Assembly (NCBI GenBank): GCA_017651185.1
Contig: JAGCDJ010000031.1
Coordinates: 4,631-68,630, forward strand
Direction: 5' to 3'
Length of the DNA stretch: 64,000 bases
Origin: Bacteroidales bacterium
Lineage (GTDB): Bacteria > Bacteroidota > Bacteroidia > Bacteroidales > ML635J-15
In this document: piece by piece, positions 45,209 through 53,726 of the stretch
Layout of the letters: every line of letters begins with the position of its first letter
Position numbering within the stretch: position 1 is the first letter of the stretch
The notes under the pieces: generated by a model
Told to the model about the DNA's origin: nothing
The model's input: the letters and a program-made list of their open reading frames with translations, nothing else
Databases searched by the model: none
Program-made: the position numbers and the translations under genes

Positions 45209-46201
45209 TTAATTGCCAACATACACTGGTCTTATCGTCTGTCCCAACATTCTGTAATAGCTTGTTTCGTAGCATGATGCTGGTTCAAGGATAAATCCCC
45301 ACGCGTATTCGGGGGCATCGGAATACAAGGTGCTAACCCAGTAGAAACCGCTTTCACCGTTGCTCAAAAGGCCTTCGCCATCACGACCTCCAGCCATAGG
45401 CAGGAAGATATTATTGCCGTTTGGTCCTATAAAGCGATAACCATTCACGCTATTTTGCGAAGTGTATTCTTTTGTGCAGTTGTTGTACAATTCGGCGAAT
45501 TCCTCCTTTGTTGGCATTCTCCATGCCGAGCCAAGTATCGCTGTTGCTGCATCATCGGCAGATTCCAAGGCGGTAAATCCGTCTGTGCTGGTGTATTTTA
45601 CCAAAGCCGAATCTTTGTAGAAACTATATGTATTCCAGTTGTATGATTGTTTTTCTGTGACTTCGCCCCAAGCGTAGTATTTGCCTGTTTTTTCTGGTGA
45701 GCTTGCACCGAGGTTGCAGTTTGCCCATTTTAGTCCGCTGGGCAGACCAAGATCAACATAATTGAATGTGGAACCCAAATCTATGGATGCTGTCAAAGGT
45801 TCGTTTTCTAGGATATAGATTTCCGATTCTCCGTGAAATGCTATATCGCCGATGGTCGCATCAACCAGCACGCGGAAAGGCTTACCCATAGCGGCATATA
45901 GTATATTGCTACGACCGTAGTCGTACATATAGTAATCCGCTATACTGTCAACAGCAACAAACCTACTATCATATACTACTGTGTCGTCCTCGTATGCGAT
46001 AGAAACGGTTGCCTCAAAATCGGTAACCTGACTTTTGCTTACTATGCCTTCGGCGGAATACTTTTTCACCAGTTCTATGTTCAATGTTGCCAGAGGGGTA
46101 AGCTCAAGCGGTTCTTTTTGGCATGATGTAAAAAGCATTACAAACATTATTGTGCACAATGGCAATAAACAGGTTCTCATATATGTACTTTTTATTTTCA
46201 T
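45209..46201 (-). CDS. Lipoprotein with a C-terminal DUF1566/FISUMP-type (C-type-lectin-like) domain
   Basis: Lipobox LFTSC. GLKWANCNLGA...YYAWGE...AWRMPTKEEFAEL...IFLPMAGGRDG...GFYWVST. It starts 5 nt after the upstream gene stop. Confidence 0.68.
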   Translation of the reverse strand: MKIKSTYMRTCLLPLCTIMFVMLFTSCQKEPLELTPLATLNIELVKKYSAEGIVSKSQVTDFEATVSIAYEDDTVVYDSRFVAVDSIADYYMYDYGRSNILYAAMGKPFRVLVDATIGDIAFHGESEIYILENEPLTASIDLGSTFNYVDLGLPSGLKWANCNLGASSPEKTGKYYAWGEVTEKQSYNWNTYSFYKDSALVKYTSTDGFTALESADDAATAILGSAWRMPTKEEFAELYNNCTKEYTSQNSVNGYRFIGPNGNNIFLPMAGGRDGEGLLSNGESGFYWVSTLYSDAPEYAWGFILEPASCYETSYYRMLGQTIRPVYVGN

Positions 46202-46206
46202 GTTTT

Positions 46207-49200
46207 TTATTCCTTTACAACTTTATATACCGACGGCAAATTATTTTCTGCACCATAAATTCTTACGATATAAACTCCAGGGACAAGGCTTTCGACATCA
46301 CATTCGACCTCGTAGCCGTTGACTTCTTTGCGCATAACAAGCTGACCAGTCGTTGAATATAACTCTACAAACGAGATGAGACCATCTGAATTGATGTTTA
46401 ACATTTTCGAAGTTGGGTTTGGTCCTATGTCGAAAGTCTCAGGTTCGGCAAGGACGGTAAGGTTAATGTCGAAAATGGTGTCGCAATCAGCTTCGTGCTG
46501 TATTTCAAACGAGTAGCGGCCAGTAGAGTAGAATGTGTGGTCGCCAACGGTGACAAAATTTGGCACAACGGTATCGATGGTTTGTGTTATTTCGCACTTA
46601 ACGAAATCGGCAATGAAAGTGCTGTCGCTTGTGACCTCTATCGAACGTGGATTGTCAAAGTTTCCATCTTCCCACGAATCAAATACATAGCCTTGGTTTG
46701 GCATTGCGGAAAGTGTGATTTCTGATCCTTCATCGTATGTACCGCCGCCCGAAACAGTGCCGTATGCGTCGTTGTTTGAAAGAACGGTAATGGTATATTG
46801 CTGTGCTTGTAAGTTGTAGAAATCCATAACATTGAAACGCTTTGATTGCATTACACGACCTTGCGTGTGATTTTCAACCCATACAACAACCTTGCATTTG
46901 CTTATGTCATATTCTTCACTGATTGTAATTGAAAAACTTGTTGAGAATCTGTTATTGCCATCAAAAGTTGCTTCTGTTCCATTTGCATCGGGGTATAAAA
47001 CTCGCACAAGATTGTTGATTTTTCCCGCTACGCTCCAATCGTAATCAATATCTTCGGCAAGTGCCGCCATTACGACAATCTGGTCATCACCATAGTATTC
47101 CGAAAGTTTTTCTGCTGTGACATTCAAGGTGAAAGTTCTACTTTCTGGTTCTGTTTGTTCAAATTCGGCAGTAAGACTATATATGGATTTGATAGCCTTT
47201 ACATTGTTATAGTAAGTAGTGTATGCGTCTTGCATAGCAGATTCTCGAGTATCAGCCCCAGCCATTCCAACATATCCGTCAAATACAGTAGAAGGTGTGC
47301 CATCGAATCCATATATCTCGCCGAATATGTTAGACTTTTCTGCCCAGTAGTAGAAGCGATTAGTAGATTCTGTGTATTGGTACGCATCAGCTACATGGTG
47401 GTCAAGAACTATAATATTCAAAGAATCTGTATCTTCCATATTGTCGAGAGCTTTTGCTGCGTATGGGCTATAACCACAACCTCTGTATGCAAATAATTCA
47501 ACCAATATGTTTTCTTTTTCAACGCCTTCGTCTCTGACAAATGCCGCCACAAATGTACTATCACTTGTAACCGTAACTGTACGCGGATTATCGGTGATGT
47601 CATCGCTCCACGAAACAAAGCGGTATCCTTGGTTTGGAATTGCTGTAAGCGTTGCTGTAGCACCTTCCTCGTAAGTTCCGCCACCTGATACAGAGCCGTA
47701 TGAATCGTTGTTTGAAAGGACGGTAATGGTAAATGTTGGTATTTCCTCAAAAGATGCATCAATTGTGTGGTCGGCTGAAACATTCTCAAATGTGTAAACG
47801 CCGTCAACTAATTCGACGGTAACATCCACATCGTCAACCATTACACTTGAAATGCGATAACCTTCATTGGCTATAATTGTAAATGTTGTGCTTCTGCCTT
47901 CTCCAATAGATACTTCTCCGTTCGGAGTAATTGTCCCGTTTTCACCTGCGGTTGCTATGATTGTATAAAATACAGGAGCATCAGCCCCAAAGTTATCCAT
48001 GCAGAAAAATAATGGAGTATTTATACCATAGCCGTCAGCGGTGTCATTGCTTATTGCTATAAAATTCAAACTGTCGGCATTTTCTAACCACGAAAGATCA
48101 ACGTATGTCCAATCGTCCATCATATACGAATTTCCTTCTGTAAAATCAGCCATCATTATTTCTCGATTACCGATTAAATTGTCATTTGCGTATGCTCTAA
48201 CTTGCAATTTGAAATAGAACTGATTTGACGCATAATGATTATCTGTTCCTATTACATATTTGCTCAATAATACTGGCATGCAGAAATATGCACCACGGTT
48301 TGTGAAATCGCCCGAATATTCTGTGTCAATCTTAATGCCAACAGGAATTGGAGAATAATCGCCCATCCAGTCTGAACCAATATAAGCGGTTACATAGTTT
48401 GCTGAATTACCAGCCCCATGACCAACGCAACTTGAAAGATTGGTATAAGTGTTTGTTAACGTATCTGTGCCGTTGGTGTAGGCGAAACCTGTCCATGTAT
48501 CATATTGACTTTCGTAATCGTTGTATAATGTCAGGTAAGAACTTGTGAATTGACCTGACCCATCATCACCAATCCACGATGAATTTTCTCCATCAAGAGG
48601 CAATTCCTCGAAGTCAACAATTTGCGGATAATTTCCATCTCTTATAAAATTCGCCACAAAAGTTGAGTCGCTTGTAACCGTTATTGTCCGCGGATTTTCG
48701 GCATTGCCATCGTTCCACGAAACAAATTCGTAACCATGGTTTGGTGTGGCCTCTATTACAGCCGTACCATCAGTACAGTCGGGTTGCTGTGTAATATTTG
48801 TCGTTCCCATTGCAGAATTTGAACTTTCTAAATGAAGCATATAAGGGCGACGCTCTTGGATATTTGTAAAATTAGACCAAATTTCTGCTGAAGCATAACT
48901 ATCTACCAATCCGCAAGGAGTCCATAATGTTGCCGTTGCGTATGTTGTGTCTGTGAAAACTATCAAATCCAAATCAGAGCCTCGGATTGGAGGATTATTA
49001 GCCAACATATATATATCCGTGATATTTTCGCAACCATCAAAAGCATAATAATCGATAGTTTCTACAGAATTGCCAATGTAAACAGATGTCAACCCGATAC
49101 AAGCATTGAATGCTCCAGAACCAATGCTTGCTACAGAATTGGGAATTGTTAATATTCCAGTCAAACCACAATCCCAAAATGCGCCACTACCAATGCTTGT

Positions 49201-50154
49201 TACAGAATCGGGAATTATAACTGATGTCAGTCCGCTACAAGCCATAAATGCATTCTTGCCAATTTCCGTAACCGAATTGGGGATTGTAACCGATGTTAGT
49301 TGGCGACATTCGAAAAAAGCAGAGCCAACAATTTGTTTTATTCCGTCTGGAATTATGTATTCGTCAGCATATCCACAAGGGAAATAAACAAAACAATTTG
49401 CATTGAAAATAGGTTCGGTAAATACGCATCCATTAAATGCTCCTCCTCCAATATATGTGACAGAATTAGGAATTTCAACTGATGTCAGCCCACTGCAATT
49501 AGAAAATGCACTTGAGCCAATACTTGTAACAGAATTGGGGATAGTAACCGATGTCAGACAAGTTGCCCCATAAAAGGCATAGTCTTTTATTTCTGTTACA
49601 GTATTATGAATAACCAAATCAGTAACAAGATTATCGCTAATATATAAGTTGTGTGCTTTATAGAGAGGATTTGATGTTTCATTAGCAAACAACATTCCGC
49701 ACCATTCGTCTATGTTGCCAGTATAATATACAGACATTAGTTCGCTACAACTAGTAAATGCATAATAGTCAATGCTCTCAACAGAATTACCAATTGTAAC
49801 TGATGTCAGTCCGCTACAAGCCATAAATGCATTCATGCCAATTTCCGTAACCGAATTGGGGATTGTAACCGATGTCAGTCCACTGCATCCATAAAATGCA
49901 CTTGAACCAATACTTGTAACAGAATAAGTTATCCTATTATATTCAATTGTTTCTGGAATTTCAAGGTCGCCAGTCGGCTGAGTGTTGTAACCGCTACCAG
50001 TTTCACTCGTCACTTCCACCATATAAGGTTCTACATCGGATGTAATATTGTAGAACAATGTCTGTCCTGTGCTGCATACTGAGGAAAAGTCGTATGCATG
50101 AACATAATTACCCAACAACATGGATAAAATAAACAATATAATTAATTTTCTCAT
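46207..50154 (-). CDS. Large T9SS type-A cargo protein: BspA-type leucine-rich repeats plus Listeria-Bacteroides repeats
   Basis: About 12 LRR units (SVTIPNSVTEIG.NAF..CSGLTSV). Four InlB-B-type modules (..YG.VSGGGTY.EG......A.PN.GY.F.SW.D...DNPR...VTSDSTF.A.F). C-terminus IGPNPTSKMLNI...GVYIVRIYG. Confidence 0.85.
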   Translation of the reverse strand: MRKLIILFILSMLLGNYVHAYDFSSVCSTGQTLFYNITSDVEPYMVEVTSETGSGYNTQPTGDLEIPETIEYNRITYSVTSIGSSAFYGCSGLTSVTIPNSVTEIGMNAFMACSGLTSVTIGNSVESIDYYAFTSCSELMSVYYTGNIDEWCGMLFANETSNPLYKAHNLYISDNLVTDLVIHNTVTEIKDYAFYGATCLTSVTIPNSVTSIGSSAFSNCSGLTSVEIPNSVTYIGGGAFNGCVFTEPIFNANCFVYFPCGYADEYIIPDGIKQIVGSAFFECRQLTSVTIPNSVTEIGKNAFMACSGLTSVIIPDSVTSIGSGAFWDCGLTGILTIPNSVASIGSGAFNACIGLTSVYIGNSVETIDYYAFDGCENITDIYMLANNPPIRGSDLDLIVFTDTTYATATLWTPCGLVDSYASAEIWSNFTNIQERRPYMLHLESSNSAMGTTNITQQPDCTDGTAVIEATPNHGYEFVSWNDGNAENPRTITVTSDSTFVANFIRDGNYPQIVDFEELPLDGENSSWIGDDGSGQFTSSYLTLYNDYESQYDTWTGFAYTNGTDTLTNTYTNLSSCVGHGAGNSANYVTAYIGSDWMGDYSPIPVGIKIDTEYSGDFTNRGAYFCMPVLLSKYVIGTDNHYASNQFYFKLQVRAYANDNLIGNREIMMADFTEGNSYMMDDWTYVDLSWLENADSLNFIAISNDTADGYGINTPLFFCMDNFGADAPVFYTIIATAGENGTITPNGEVSIGEGRSTTFTIIANEGYRISSVMVDDVDVTVELVDGVYTFENVSADHTIDASFEEIPTFTITVLSNNDSYGSVSGGGTYEEGATATLTAIPNQGYRFVSWSDDITDNPRTVTVTSDSTFVAAFVRDEGVEKENILVELFAYRGCGYSPYAAKALDNMEDTDSLNIIVLDHHVADAYQYTESTNRFYYWAEKSNIFGEIYGFDGTPSTVFDGYVGMAGADTRESAMQDAYTTYYNNVKAIKSIYSLTAEFEQTEPESRTFTLNVTAEKLSEYYGDDQIVVMAALAEDIDYDWSVAGKINNLVRVLYPDANGTEATFDGNNRFSTSFSITISEEYDISKCKVVVWVENHTQGRVMQSKRFNVMDFYNLQAQQYTITVLSNNDAYGTVSGGGTYDEGSEITLSAMPNQGYVFDSWEDGNFDNPRSIEVTSDSTFIADFVKCEITQTIDTVVPNFVTVGDHTFYSTGRYSFEIQHEADCDTIFDINLTVLAEPETFDIGPNPTSKMLNINSDGLISFVELYSTTGQLVMRKEVNGYEVECDVESLVPGVYIVRIYGAENNLPSVYKVVKE

Positions 50155-50189
50155 CTTATGCAAAACAATACTTAATCTAAATTATGTGG

Positions 50190-50197
50190 CAAATGTA
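50190..50197 (-). promoter_or_regulatory. -7 promoter box (TACATTTG) for the LRR cargo gene
   Basis: Exact TAnnTTTG on the minus strand, 35 nt upstream of ATG 50154. Confidence 0.45.
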
Positions 50198-50307
50198 ATG
50201 CAATTCGCCATGATTTGCAAAAGAAAATTGTATTTTATATAATAATTAGCCTAAAAGGTCTTGTGAGATTGTTCTTGAGCATGCATGATTTGATTGTATG
50301 TCATCAA

Positions 50308-51516
50308 TTAGTTCGTCAAACACATGTCCAAATCTTCGCGAATCTTTTCCTTGTCCATATTCTGACCGATGAACACCAGTTTCTGCATTCTGTCGCCGTA
50401 GGTGTCGTCCCAGTCGCGCAAAATTGCAGGATTGCGCAGGATAAAGTCTTCGAGTTCGTCATCGGGCATCGTGGCGAACCATTGTCCAACATTGCGCAGA
50501 CTGATTTGTTTTCCTGCCTGTTCAAACAAGTAGCATACATCGAACTCGTCCTTGAAATAGCACATACCTTTGCATCTTATTATGTTCTTGGGCATCTTGC
50601 GGGCTACGAAGTCATCGAAACGACCAAGATTGAACGGTTGGCGCGCCTTATAGACGAAAGTGCTAATGTTGTATTCTTCTGTTTCTCCACCTTCGTGGTC
50701 GTGATGATGATGTTCATGGTCGTGATGATGCTCTCCATGCTCATGTTCTTCGTGGTGACCGTGATGCTCGTGCTCGTCCTCTTCGTGAATGTCCTCGATT
50801 TCGCGTATCCAAGTTGCCGAAGTCGCAGTATTTTCGAAATCGAAACTTCCCGTATAGATAATTTCTTCGAGGTCAATATTCCCATAATCGCATTCAATGA
50901 TTTGTGCTTTGGATTGTATTGCCCGTATTATTTCTTTCAGGCGGTTGCGTTCTACCTCGTTTATTTCCGATGATTTGTTTAGTAATATGATGTTGCAGAA
51001 TTCAATTTGTTGTATTACAAGGTTTTCCAAGTCATCTTCGGCAATGTGCTTTTTTGTAAGACTTTCGCCACAACCGAATTCGTCTTTCATGCGCATGGCA
51101 TCCACAACTGTGACAATGCAGTCGAGGTAAGGCACTCCATGTCGCGTGTATTTTTCTTCGAGACTTGGTATTGAGCATATTGTCTGAGCAATTGGCTGGG
51201 GTTCACATATTCCGCTTGCTTCGATTACAATATAGTCGAACTTGTGCTGACTGGCAATTTCGGTGAGTTGTTCCACCAAGTCCATTTTCAGTGTACAGCA
51301 GATGCATCCGTTTTGCAATGCCACAAGACTGTCGTCCTTTTGACCGACTATTCCTCCTTTTTCGATGAGGTCGGCATCTATGTTTACTTCGCCTATGTCG
51401 TTCACTATCACTGCGAACTTAATGCCTTTTTTGTTCGAAAGTATGTTGTTTACCAAAGTGGTTTTTCCGCTACCTAAGTAGCCCGTTAGCAATAATACTG
51501 GTATGTCGTTTTTCAT
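50308..51516 (-). CDS. COG0523 (CobW/YjiA/ZigA-like) metallochaperone GTPase with a His-rich insert
   Basis: P-loop GYLGSGKTT, the family signature GCICCTL, and the His/Glu/Asp tract HEEDEHEHHGHHEEHEHGEHHHDHEHHHHDHE (50692-50787). Start set at 51516 because a -7 box overlaps the upstream TTG. Confidence 0.88.
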   Translation of the reverse strand: MKNDIPVLLLTGYLGSGKTTLVNNILSNKKGIKFAVIVNDIGEVNIDADLIEKGGIVGQKDDSLVALQNGCICCTLKMDLVEQLTEIASQHKFDYIVIEASGICEPQPIAQTICSIPSLEEKYTRHGVPYLDCIVTVVDAMRMKDEFGCGESLTKKHIAEDDLENLVIQQIEFCNIILLNKSSEINEVERNRLKEIIRAIQSKAQIIECDYGNIDLEEIIYTGSFDFENTATSATWIREIEDIHEEDEHEHHGHHEEHEHGEHHHDHEHHHHDHEGGETEEYNISTFVYKARQPFNLGRFDDFVARKMPKNIIRCKGMCYFKDEFDVCYLFEQAGKQISLRNVGQWFATMPDDELEDFILRNPAILRDWDDTYGDRMQKLVFIGQNMDKEKIREDLDMCLTN

Positions 51517-51534
51517 TGTCTTTGAATTTTTGTG

Positions 51535-51542
51535 CAAAGTTA
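51535..51542 (-). promoter_or_regulatory. -7 promoter box (TAACTTTG) for the COG0523 gene
   Basis: Exact TAnnTTTG on the minus strand, 18 nt upstream of ATG 51516. Confidence 0.5.
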
Positions 51543-51770
51543 AAAATTAACCCGAAACAAATCATTAAATTTTTGAACCATTGAACATAAACAATTTCAA
51601 ACCCAAAGGCCAACAGGCATGAAGGTTAAAAGCCAATCTCAATAGTACAGGCGCAATTCATTGCGTCTCAAACAACCTTTAGCTCGGCAAAGCCGATCCT
51701 AAACCATCTTAAGCAATGCCAACATTCAATTTGTGTGTGTCGTTGCGTGCAATGACCAATGAATAACCAT

Positions 51771-51822
51771 AAAAAAACGGAATCAGATCCTGAAACGAGT
51801 TCAGGATGACATTCCGTTTTTT
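51771..51822. repeat. Solitary nested hairpin with the same core as hairpin 1 of the GIY-YIG array
   Basis: AAAAAACGGAATCAGATCCTGAA-ACGAG-TTCAGGATGACATTCCGTTTTTT. The core GTCATCCTGAA...TTCAGGATCTGA is in reverse orientation relative to unit 3 of the array (3729-3755). Confidence 0.7.
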
Positions 51823-51870
51823 GAATTTTCGAATCATCAAATTATCAAATCTTCGAATTATCAACCAACC
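51823..51870. repeat. Six degenerate 8-nt tandem units upstream of the thioesterase promoter
   Basis: gaattttc gaatcatc aaattatc aaatcttc gaattatc aaccaacc. Confidence 0.65.
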
Positions 51871-51906
51871 ACTGAAATTAGAAACCATAAACACAAAAAC
51901 AAATCT

Positions 51907-51914
51907 TATCTTTG
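51907..51914 (+). promoter_or_regulatory. -7 promoter box (TATCTTTG) for the thioesterase/ThrE unit
   Basis: Exact TAnnTTTG, 16 nt upstream of ATG 51931. Confidence 0.5.
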
Positions 51915-51930
51915 CGCCGATTTTAAATCG

Positions 51931-52344
51931 TTGTTTATGCATACATACAGGCACGAAGTCAAGTATTACGAGTGTGACAAGATGGGAGTTACGCATCATT
52001 CCAACTATGTGCGCTTCATGGAGGAGGCACGAATCGACTGGCTCGACCAACTAGGTTACGGTTTCGACAAGGTTGAGGCGGAAGGCGTATTCTCTCCCGT
52101 AGTTTCGGTGACATGCAACTACAAAAGTCCGTCAACTTTCAAGGATGTGATTGAGATAGAGGTGTCCTTGGGAAAGTTCAGCGAGATAAAGTTTGAAATT
52201 TCGTACATAATGCGTGTCGGTGGCAGGATTGTATGTACGGCTCAAAGTACGCATTGTTTCATCGAAAACAACCGACCTGTGGCTATTTCGAAGCGACTTC
52301 CCGAATTGTACAAGGTTCTAAGCGAAAGTGTTGAGAAAGAGTAG
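51931..52344 (+). CDS. Acyl-CoA thioesterase, 4HBT (YbgC-like) hot-dog fold
   Basis: HTYRHEVKYYECDKMGVTHHSNYVRFMEEARIDWL is typical of the 4HBT N-terminus with its catalytic Asp. 137 aa. Confidence 0.8.
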   Translation: MFMHTYRHEVKYYECDKMGVTHHSNYVRFMEEARIDWLDQLGYGFDKVEAEGVFSPVVSVTCNYKSPSTFKDVIEIEVSLGKFSEIKFEISYIMRVGGRIVCTAQSTHCFIENNRPVAISKRLPELYKVLSESVEKE

Positions 52345-52346
52345 TT

Positions 52347-53627
52347 ATGGAAGATGCAAAATCCCGCAATAGTGATGAGTTGACGACTTCGGAAAGAAGG
52401 CGCGTAATGGACTTGGCGTATGATGCCGGTTCAATTTTGCTCGAGAATGGCGATGAAATTTCGAATGTCGAGGAAACCATGATGCGTATTGCTAGGCATT
52501 TCGGCATCGATGACGAAAATTTCTTCGTGCTCAGCAACGGCATAATGGCAACCGAACGCAACTATGCGCGTACCAAATACATACCAATACAAGGAACTTG
52601 CCTAGAAAAGGTTGTTGAGGTAAAGCAACTTTCGCGCGATGTGGAGGCAAACAAGTGCGATGTCGACGAGTTGGAGCGACGGCTCAAACTTATCCGCAAG
52701 ATGAAATCCAAGCCCGCCATAGAGCAGATTGCTGCATCAGCAGTTGGCAGTGCTGCCTTCTGTATTGTGTTTGGTGGCGGATTCTACGATTGTATTGCCG
52801 CTTTTATCGCTGGTATGCTGTTGTGGGCGTTCATGCTCTTTGTGGGATTCAGGTACATGTCGAGGATAATGGGCAATTTTGTCGGAGGACTGATAGCATC
52901 ACTGCTTTGCATGGCAATGTTTGCAATGGGACTTGGCACACATCTTAGCAACATGATAATTGGTGCAATAATACCTTTGATTCCTGGGGTGCCGTTTACA
53001 AACGGTATCCGTGATATTGCAAACGAGGACTACATAGCAGGTGTGACGCGCTTGCTCGATGCCATGCTGACATTCCTGTGCATTGCAATCGGAGTTGCTG
53101 TTTCGTTTATGGTCGATGCTGGAATATCGGGGCAAATGAAGGAACTTCAGGAACTTGCTGCCGACAGTGGTACATCGGGAATGACAGTGCAACTCATATC
53201 GGCATTTGCTGGAACTTTGGCGTTTTCGGTGCTTTTCGGTGTGCCTAGGAAAAACTACATTTTCTGCGGACTTGCAGGTATGTTTGGCTGGTTGCTTTAC
53301 CTTATACTCGCAAGGCATATGGCAATGTCGTTGGGTGTCAATGTTTTCCTGTCAACCGCTTTGGTTGCATTCGTATCAACAATGTTCTCAATAATCAGGA
53401 AATGTCCGGTGGCGGTATTCCTAATTTGTGGAATTTTCCCGCTTGTTCCCGGGGCTGGTATTTTCTGGACGGCATACAACATAGTTGCCGACCAGTTTGC
53501 AGCCGCAGCGGCTAGCGGTTTTACAGCATTAAAGGTAACACTCGCTATTGCATTTGGTATTCTCATAATCAATGAGATACATACGCTTGCAATTCTTAAA
53601 CATGTGCTGAAAAGAAGGCGCAAGTAG
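52347..53627 (+). CDS. Threonine/serine exporter (ThrE) family membrane protein, fused two-domain form
   Basis: N-terminal LENGDEISNVEETMMRIARHFG motif, then about 10 transmembrane helices. Confidence 0.8.
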   Translation: MEDAKSRNSDELTTSERRRVMDLAYDAGSILLENGDEISNVEETMMRIARHFGIDDENFFVLSNGIMATERNYARTKYIPIQGTCLEKVVEVKQLSRDVEANKCDVDELERRLKLIRKMKSKPAIEQIAASAVGSAAFCIVFGGGFYDCIAAFIAGMLLWAFMLFVGFRYMSRIMGNFVGGLIASLLCMAMFAMGLGTHLSNMIIGAIIPLIPGVPFTNGIRDIANEDYIAGVTRLLDAMLTFLCIAIGVAVSFMVDAGISGQMKELQELAADSGTSGMTVQLISAFAGTLAFSVLFGVPRKNYIFCGLAGMFGWLLYLILARHMAMSLGVNVFLSTALVAFVSTMFSIIRKCPVAVFLICGIFPLVPGAGIFWTAYNIVADQFAAAAASGFTALKVTLAIAFGILIINEIHTLAILKHVLKRRRK

Positions 53628-53698
53628 TCGACTTTTACGAAAAAGGGATTTTTTATATAAAATTCTCTTAAATTTCTGCGCTGTACAATATATTTTTT

Positions 53699-53706
53699 TA
53701 GTTTTG
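53699..53706 (+). promoter_or_regulatory. -7 promoter box (TAGTTTTG) for the TonB-dependent receptor
   Basis: Exact TAnnTTTG, 20 nt upstream of ATG 53727. Confidence 0.5.
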
Positions 53707-53726
53707 CAGTCCAATTCGATTAGGAG

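Noticed and set aside
45209-45420. The C-type-lectin-like C-terminus of the lipoprotein might be a diversity-generating retroelement variable region.
   Set aside because: There is no reverse transcriptase gene and no second (template) copy of this segment anywhere in the 64 kb.
50215-50973. A 252-aa plus-strand ORF has a hydrophobic MMMFMVVMMLSML tract.
   Set aside because: It is the reverse complement of the His-rich tract of the COG0523 gene. It is an antisense artefact and has no promoter box.
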